Assembly (NCBI GenBank): GCA_951406725.2
Contig: OX597822.1
Coordinates: 83,824,001-83,888,000 of the forward strand
DNA length: 64,000 bases
Direction of reading: 5' to 3'
Origin: Octopus vulgaris
Lineage: Eukaryota
Shown here: positions 55,999 through 64,000 of the stretch, piece after piece
Layout of the letters: the number at the start of each line of letters is the position of its first letter
How positions within the stretch are numbered: the first letter of the stretch is position 1
Notes under the pieces: generated by a model
The model's input: only the letters and a program-made list of their open reading frames with translations
Database searches by the model: none
Told to the model about the DNA's origin: nothing
Program-made: the position numbers and the translations under genes

Positions 55999-57273
55999 AC
56001 ATAGTAAAAGATTCTAGCCTAAAGTGAGGCGCAGTTGGGTGAAAGCCGGAATCACGTGATTCCACTGCAAAAGTTTTAATCACGTGATTATTTCTGTACC
56101 TCTGCTAGAAATAGTATCCAAAATTACTCCTGAATCGCACCCTGTATTATGTCTCATTGAAAAATACAAAACGTTCACAACCGGAACCCTTGATCATAGA
56201 CTTGACCGCTCAGGGTTAACTTGGAGCTAAACAATGATTCTTATTTATTTTATTGACGATGGAAAGTGAAAGTAAAAGGTAGAAGCATACATGAAGCAGG
56301 CTAATTGGACATTGCCTCTATCAATTTGTTATTTTTATTGTTGAGTCTCAGGTTAGCTCTGATTGAAGAGGCCCAAAGTCAGAGTCATTCTTGTAGTGAC
56401 TATCTCAACTTGTTTTCAAGCAGCAGTATGTCCAGGACAGAATTATCTGATGTCTCTACTTCCTTTTTTAAGTCTGTAGGGTGTGATTTGATCGTGGGGT
56501 ACCTGACTGTCATATTTAGAACCATCTGGATTGGTTCCATCTAAAACAATATTCCGAAGAATAATGTCTGGTTCCCTGTTGGCTCTTTAGAGAGGACAGT
56601 AAAAATCTCACACCAATAAATTTCACTATTAATTAAACATGAAAGATTTAGACAAAAATGTAAGTATACATGCAAGTCAAAATGGCTGCTTAAATTTATT
56701 GATGAGAAAACAAACAAAAAAAGTAGGAAAATAAAGAAACAAGCACTTAATAGAATCGTTGATTCATTGTTGCTTTCAGCAACAGCAAATAAATCATTAA
56801 TGACTTCTTAAAATTGTTCTGTAATTTTTGTTGTTTTATCCATTTTAGTTGCCACGGTATCGAAATTTGTAATAGGTATCGTAATGGTTAAAATGAGAAA
56901 ATGGATGATTCGTTAAGTTGATATGAACAAGAAATTAAGAGAAATGAGATGCAATAGAATGAGAGATTGAGACGATGAGAGAGAGAGAAGAGGTAGAGAG
57001 AGATAGGGTAATTTAAATTCGAATTTCCAAGTATAAATTGTCTTAATAAAGTTTATTTGCCAATATACAATGGCCGAGCGATATATTAAAGGTAAGCTAA
57101 AACAAATTATGAATTTCAAACTATTACAGTTCGCAATATGATTATGGAATATATTTCGTAAATTACAAAATTTATTTTATAAATTCTGCATATTTTTTTT
57201 TAATTATTTAGTTCGACGCGACTGGGTAAGTGCTCGTACTGGTGAATATACTTGATAATCAGCTTTCAAATCT

Positions 57274-57434
57274 TTGCTTCCCAACCACATAGTTCCGGGA
57301 TCGGTCCCACTGCGTGGCATTATGGGCAAATGTCTTTTACTATAGCTCCAGGCTAACCAAAGCCATGTGAGTGGATTTGGTGGACAGAAGCTGAAAGAAA
57401 TCCATGTTATATAAATATATATACGGTTGTGTAA

Positions 57435-57472
<38 letters not shown>

Positions 57473-57697
57473 CGTGTGCGTGTGTCTGTGCACGTATGTA
57501 TGTGTGTGCAACTGTGTGCACGCGCGTCTGTGTTTGCCCCAACACCACCGCTGTACAACCATTGTTGGTATGCTTGCGCCCCGTAACTTAGCGCTTCGGC
57601 AAAAGTAGACCGGTGGGATAAGTACCAACTTCGACAATAAGTACCAACTTCAAGGTGATTCCAGTATGGCCGCAGTCGGATGACAGAAACAAGTGAA
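57274..57697 (+). mobile_element. SINE family B (5'-clipped)
   Basis: Core GGCATTATGGGCAAATGTC, internal (GA)n/(TG)n, tail. Confidence 0.82.
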
Positions 57698-57864
57698 ACA
57701 CATGAATTCCAGTTGATACCTTTTAAGGAGAAAATATGGCGGGTAGGAGGGATAGGCTTTTCTTGCTTATTTGAGTGGATTGATAAATGATCGATCCTTC
57801 CATGATGAAGATAAATGCAATCCATGAACGTTACTGTCTCGCGCCCAAGTATTAACAGAGTCGG

Positions 57865-58085
57865 TTACCCGGATTCAATGGCGTAAAGAAGATCGTGATG
57901 ATAGCATTCCCCCTGGATGGGAAGCCAGTCCATTGCTGGGTTACTCATTTCCAGCTGAGTGGACTGTAGCAACTTGAAATGAAGTACTTTGCTTAAGAAC
58001 ACAACGCACCTCTGGCTCCCGGAATAAAAACCGCGATGTTGCGATCGTGATTGCAAAACCCTAACCAACAAGCTACGCACCTTCA
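57865..58085 (-). mobile_element. SINE family C (diverged)
   Basis: Homologous to 6283-6596 (CCAGTCCAT.GC.G.GTTACTCA; ACAACGC...ACCGCGAT...CCTAACCA). Confidence 0.7.
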
Positions 58086-59109
58086 CCTTCATAACGAAAT
58101 GAAGCGCTAAATGCTGTATCGAGTGGACTATGACGGATGTGGCACCCAGCTCTCAAGCCCCAATAATCAAAAGCAGACATAGATGCTGGAGATGTGGAAG
58201 TGTAAAACCACAACATTATTTGTGGGTTAATTTTATGTTTTTTGTTGGAGAGTGAATCGTTACCAATCTTTTATATTTTAACCATAACTAAACAATATGA
58301 CACAGACACATCAACAGACATAAATATTCCCCTACTTCACACACCCATAACAAACACTCCCTTAAACATATTCCCTTGAAACTTCAACACTGAAATAAAA
58401 CTGAATAATGATATATATACACACACCAAAATCGCTCAGCAATAAAACATATTCTTACGAGTTACACTCGAAACTACTATAAAAACATCTACAAACGTTC
58501 TAAATCTAAGGAAAACTTTAAAATGCTCAAGGAAATCTAAGATTATAAGCAAATTTAAAATGCTTCCCACATAAAGAAAAAAAAACATAAAATGCAGCAC
58601 AATAACAGCCATTATCAGCAAACGAAAGATAGAATACAATGAACAATACATAGTCATGGAATTAAAAGAAAAGTTGTCTTACAATAAAAAAAATATTAAT
58701 TATATAAAATAATCTTTAGAAGAGCAGAATGAAATGAACGTTTTGGAATGAAGTTTTTTGTATTTTCTGTGAGCGCTTGTTTGCGCGTGGGTTTTTAAAA
58801 TATTATGGCGAAAGCGCTTACGCACAATAAGAAAACATCATTCAGAAAAATTCGTGTGGTTGTTTAACTTACAGATTCTTTTTATACATTAAATATTAAT
58901 GTTTTTTTTCCAATATATATATATATACATACACGTACATACATACATACATACATACATACATACATACATACATACATACATACATACATACAAACAT
59001 ACATACATACATACGTACGTACGTACTTACGTACATACATACATACATACATACATACATACATACATACATACATACATACATACATACACGTACATAG
59101 ACACATACT

Positions 59110-60617
59110 TTACAATGTCACCTGTAACAAAGCACGTGTGACTACAGAATATTACAACCGAATAAAGAAAATTTGGACCTCGGAACTCTCTGAATTCAAT
59201 AAAACAGTGGCCCACAATGTTTCTGCTGTGCCAGTACTCATACCAACATTTGGGTTGTTTGATTGGACGCCTGATGAGATCTGAGCCATTGATGTGAAAA
59301 CCCGAAAAATAATAACAAGCTCGCATAATTTTCACAAACTGTGACGTAGCCCGCTTCTACCCAAAACGAAAACAAGGCAGCAGAGGCTTAACATCGATCC
59401 AAACTGCCTTTGAATGTCGCATCATATCCCTTCGGCAACATCTTTTAACCACCAAGTGTCGAAGTGCATCCCTTGACCAAGTTTGCATACATGAGGCTGA
59501 TAACATCATAAGACTTGGAGGGCTGCTCCTTGAGCAACATTCTTTGTCTGATAACCTTAAGTACATGGCTAAAGAAGTGGCACGATTCTACTGCAACGTA
59601 TCATCAGATGAAAGAATGAACCTATATCAGCAGAAGATCATGCGTGGATATGTTAGTAGAAAGCTCCGAGATGATGGTAGCATAGATCATCACAAAAATC
59701 AATCATGAACCAATAGCCGGATTACTACCTTCCACTTTCCAGGGTAAGCGTTTGCAATCCAGGAACAGCAAATATCAGCCAAGTACCTGATGCACAAAAG
59801 GGATAGAGAGGCTGGAAAAGCAGTAAAATGTGACAACTCATGTTAACTTTGCGAACTTAACATCGAAGATATCCCTCACGTCATAAGCTGCTGTCCGAAA
59901 ATGTCATCACGATATTATCCACCGATGAGACATGATGTTGTAGCTCTAGGACACTCTATAACGAAATCCGTCGGAAGGATAATCCCGAGGACAAAGAAAT
60001 AAGAACCCACAATATGGTAGAAGACATAGTCAGTCAATAAAAAGGAGTACTAATGGAATGTCCCAGTGAAGACCTTAATGAAATGTAAGCACAACAGACC
60101 TGATATAAGGATTTGAGACAGACAAGAGAAACTGTGTACAGTTGTGGAAATTAGCTTCCCAGCGGATGTTAACATAAAGATGAAAATCAGTGAAAAAGAG
60201 AATACCTATGTTGAACTATTGAGAAATCTGCAGTTACTCTATCCAGACTACAAGTTCAGGTTTCTACCTGTAATCATTGGAGCCCTGGGATATGTAACAC
60301 ACTGCCTAAATACCAATCTTGAGAAATTAGGCTTCTCAGATCCAGAGAGGAGAAAAATGATTCTAAGACTATAGATCCAATCCATCAACGGAACTGTAAA
60401 AAATCTGTAAAACTTTATTATTTAAATATATATGAGCATGTCTAGATATGCAACTATATGCATGAGAATACATGCATAAAACATACATACATACATACAT
60501 ACATACATACAAAAATACCCTGTTGTTGATGTTGAAATTCCAATGAAGGAGCTTTGGATCTAGGTTAGAAACCGACTCTTTATTGGCAAGAAATCTTGAA
60601 ATAAAACTGAACAATGA
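59110..60617 (+). mobile_element. R4/Dong-like non-LTR retrotransposon 3' part (RLE clade), decayed
   Basis: DVARFYPKRKQGSRGL; CCHC finger and RHD (C*LC...EDIPHVISCCPKMS...MRHDVVA); RLE motifs HNRPDI...VVEISFPADVN...EKENTY...PVIIGALG; (TACA)n on both sides. Confidence 0.88.
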
Positions 60618-60711
60618 CAAACATACATGAATACATACATACATACATACATACATACATACATACATACATACATACATACATACATACATACATACAC
60701 ACACACATACA

Positions 60712-60745
<34 letters not shown>

Positions 60746-60779
60746 CATACATACATACATACTTACATACATACATACA

Positions 60780-60890
60780 GAAATACCCTGTTGGTGTTGC
60801 TGAAATTCCAGTGAAGGAACGTTGGATCTGGGTTACAACCCGGCTCTTTCTCTTTGCCAAATAGTTTTAAAATACAACTGAATAATGACA
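60780..60890 (+). mobile_element. Second solo 3' end of the R4/Dong-like element in (TACA)n
   Basis: AAATACCCTGTTG.TG.TG...GAAATTCCA.TGAAGGA...AACTGAATAATGA, matching 60511-60617. Confidence 0.8.
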
Positions 60891-61993
60891 TACACTCACA
60901 ACAAATACGTACATACAATCTCACACACACAAGCATACATGCATAGATACATGCATAGATACATGCATACACACATACGCACACATACATACATACAGAC
61001 AGACATACTGAAAACTTATGATGCTTCAGATATACTGAAATTCAACTGCTCCAAAATATTGCCTTCAGGTAAGTGATATTTTTTCATTAATATCGGTAAT
61101 AATAATATACAACAACACAAATCATTGCCAAGTATATATTATTTTAATCATTTATAAAACCAATACGACGCAATTAAGAAATAAACAACACCGTATTTAT
61201 TTTTTAAATCACAGACATTAATTCACCTTAGTGGCCAGGCCATAACATGATTAAAGACCTTCTCTTCGGAGATTATTCACTGTATAATAGTTGCAAAGAT
61301 TTTATCTTGATTAGTGTAGTGGTGTAGTGGTGTTAGATCTGTTGACGATGGTTTGAAGGTGATGTAGCAACCAGAATTAAAATACTATTATACCTTCATT
61401 ATGGTAGACATTGGTTTATAGAAAACTTCTAAATGGCACGGTTTCACAATACCATCAACATTGTGATAATGCTTGTTGTTATTGTTGGTAGAAGTTCTTA
61501 GGGGCAGGGCAATCATAATCAACCATATTCTGATTAATTATACACTGATCAAACCCTTTCCAATCACAATCAGACCACGACAATATTATTCAATTCTTAA
61601 GTCAATTATTACGTCAATAAGATATCATCTGAGAAGAATTTGGCTGCTGTATCTAACATATCAAGTGACCACACAAAAGATCTATCACTGGTCCATTTGA
61701 TGAATGATGCTGTGTTTTGATCGTAAGAGTATTTGTAATTGAACGATTCGTCTTTTATATTGGGTTCGCACTTAACCTGATCGATTTTTACTCCTTAACA
61801 ATCTCCATTGTTCCTCTTTTGAAAGTAGTAAAATTTATTCAAATTTCAAAAATGATAAGTAAATGTTCTAGAAATGCAAAAAAAACTCTACCATAAAAAC
61901 AGCTTTTATGTCAATTCGAATAACACTGAATAGTGTTTAAATAAATGAGAGAGCTAGAAAGGAAAAAGACGAATTTACCTAAAAACACCATAT

Positions 61994-62208
61994 ATTGGTT
62001 TAAAATTTTGTCACAAGGCCAGCAATTTCAGCGGAGGGAGCTAATCGATTACATGGATCCTAGTGCTCAACAGGAACTTATTTCATCCCCTCGAAAGGCT
62101 AAAAGGCAAGGCCGATCTGGGCGACATTCGAACACGGAACGTAAAGACGGATGAAATTCCGCTCAGCATTTTTTCCGGCGTGCTATGATTTTATCAGCTG
62201 AACGCCTT
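61994..62208 (-). mobile_element. SINE family A (diverged)
   Basis: Reverse-complement similarity; flanked by CCATATATT direct repeats. Confidence 0.7.
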
Positions 62209-63745
62209 ATACAAACCCATATATTAGGACTGCATTATACGATAAGTTCTTTCTTTTCAATGTCATTAGAAATTTTTTAGTTGCAATTTCTAACAATATG
62301 GTCTCATAATCGCGTCCTTTTTTTCTTTCGGACAGATGATTTCCGCCGTCTTCATAATAATTATAATGATTGAGGTTTTAATTATTTCTATCAGTACCTA
62401 GGTATTTGTCGATCGAATAACTTCGTGCAATACATGGATTTAAAGATCCAGACTCTACTACTGTCTGACTGATATTCACATCCTCTACTCCAATGTGCAG
62501 TGGTTTCTTGTAAGTGATGTGTAGAAGTCCGAATATTGTATTTCCTCCACTGTTTAGCCTCTGTCTATATTTCCCTCGGCTACACATGTTGAACTTCTCG
62601 AAGCGTAGCGCCGCCCCTTTGCATCGTATTAACAGACACTGTACAAAAGATTGAGGAAATATAGTTTATGAATACTGCTGCTATTTCTTATGTACGTGTG
62701 AGGTTTTCTATGTCTTTGAATGTCTAACTTCAATAGGGAGAATAACATGACAATGGTCTCAAATTTTACAACTCTATAAGAGGATTTTTCGTGTGCTAGA
62801 GTCTAGATGCCAGCCTTATGAAGTGAATCTCCAATATAATTAACCGTACATACTGCGTAACTTTTTACATAGAATCCTTTACGTGTAATGATGTCAGAAA
62901 TTAAATACTACCGAAACAATTGTAAGTGGTAATAAAGATGAGCCTCAAATCCAGACGAAGAGACAGTACGAAAGAAGAAAAGGGACACCAGTGAAGCGGG
63001 AGTAGCTGTGTCACAAAACCAGCTATATCTATACAGAGTAGCGATTTCACATGGGCTAATATTCTCGTTTGGACCCTCAATTATTGATGTATTCGGAAGA
63101 GGCGCTAACTTGACAGACGACATCTCGTAGGAATTTTAGCTATGGCGGATGCCATTCCAATCAAAATCTAATTACGGCTGATTTGTTCCAGAGAGGAGGA
63201 AAAGAAGAAACAAAAGAAATATAGTAGGCGAATTGGTTCCGTAGTGGACTGTCATTTTATTTATCAACTCTGAAATTATGAAAGATGACATCGGTGAGAT
63301 CTGAACTCACAATCCACGCAACATGAAAAAATACCACATTCTATCCAACGTTTTAATATTTAAGAGATGCTATTCAAATTCTCTTCCCTTAAACTTTCAG
63401 TTCAAATACCCGGCTAGTACTAATACTGCTGCCACCTATGAGGCCTTCATTTCGAAGGAGGCTTAAGGTAGTAAACATAAGACTTCACCCAGTTCAAAAC
63501 TATCACCTGATCCTTCTGCTGAAGTTTCAGTAACTGATAAGGATTCAAGCTGACTCTCTTTCCGATTATATCTGAAAATGTTCAGACTAGGCATTTGTTT
63601 CATCAATCCCACTACAACTGCAGTGCATGTAAAGATAATAGGTGGGTACTGTCTCTCATCACACAACTAACTTATTCTCTGTTCATCGCTATAGAAACTT
63701 TATGTCTATGAATACAATTTAGCATCAGAGAACTGTAAACTATCA

Positions 63746-64000
63746 GGCGCATGCGTGGCTGTGTGGTAAGAAGCTTGCTTCCCAGCCACATTGTTTCAGG
63801 TTCATTCACACTGCATGACACCTTGAGCTAGTGTCTTCTACTATTGCCACGGGTTGACCAAAGCTTTATGAGTGGATTTGGTAGACAGAAACAGAAAGAA
63901 GCCCGTTGTGTGGTAAGTAGCTTGTTTACCAACCACATGGTTCCGGGTTCAGTCCCACTGCGCGGCACCTTGGGAAAGTGTCTTCTACTATAGCCTCGGG
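63746..64000 (+). mobile_element. Two tandem SINE family B heads, running off the window end
   Basis: GTGTGGTAAG.AGCTTG at ~63760 and ~63908. Confidence 0.88.

Noticed and set aside
60538-60590. TGAAG...GAAACCG resembling a hammerhead in the R4/Dong-like 3' end
   Set aside because: Lacks CUGANGA and HHR stem topology; better explained as a simple 3' stem-loop
63380-63666. Good + strand acceptor at 63400 followed by FKYPASTNTAATYEAFISKEA*, and an overlapping minus-strand ORF
   Set aside because: Short, with no homology I recognise and no upstream exon chain

Overview
AT-rich, microsatellite-dense eukaryotic DNA. I found no confidently identifiable intact host gene, rRNA, tRNA gene or CRISPR array. 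The tRNA-derived SINE families and the abundant (TA)n/(TACA)n/(GATA)n tracts resemble a cephalopod, probably Octopus (inference). Most supplied ORFs are microsatellite artefacts. Real coding remnants are all transposon-derived: a young 5'-truncated CR1-type LINE with a near-identical 1205-bp internal tandem duplication (33.9-37.2 kb), two RTE LINEs, an R4/Dong-like RLE element in (TACA)n, a Tx1/L1 zinc-finger fragment, a near full-length mariner with TIRs, other Tc1/mariner pieces, and two Penelope-like (PLE) GIY-YIG fragments. The most striking signal is a set of type I hammerhead ribozyme (HHR) motifs, most in tail-out fold-back elements lodged in (TA)n tracts, with varied self-complementary stem III sequences. 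These include a double-HHR fold-back with canonical cores (30.6-31.0 kb) and a circularly permuted inverted duplication that joins an HHR to captured L1 flank (3.0-3.7 kb). Also notable are a LINE and SINE sharing a 3' tail, two dense E-box clusters, and a possible decayed GPCR pseudogene. All calls were read by eye; boundaries are approximate unless motif coordinates are given.
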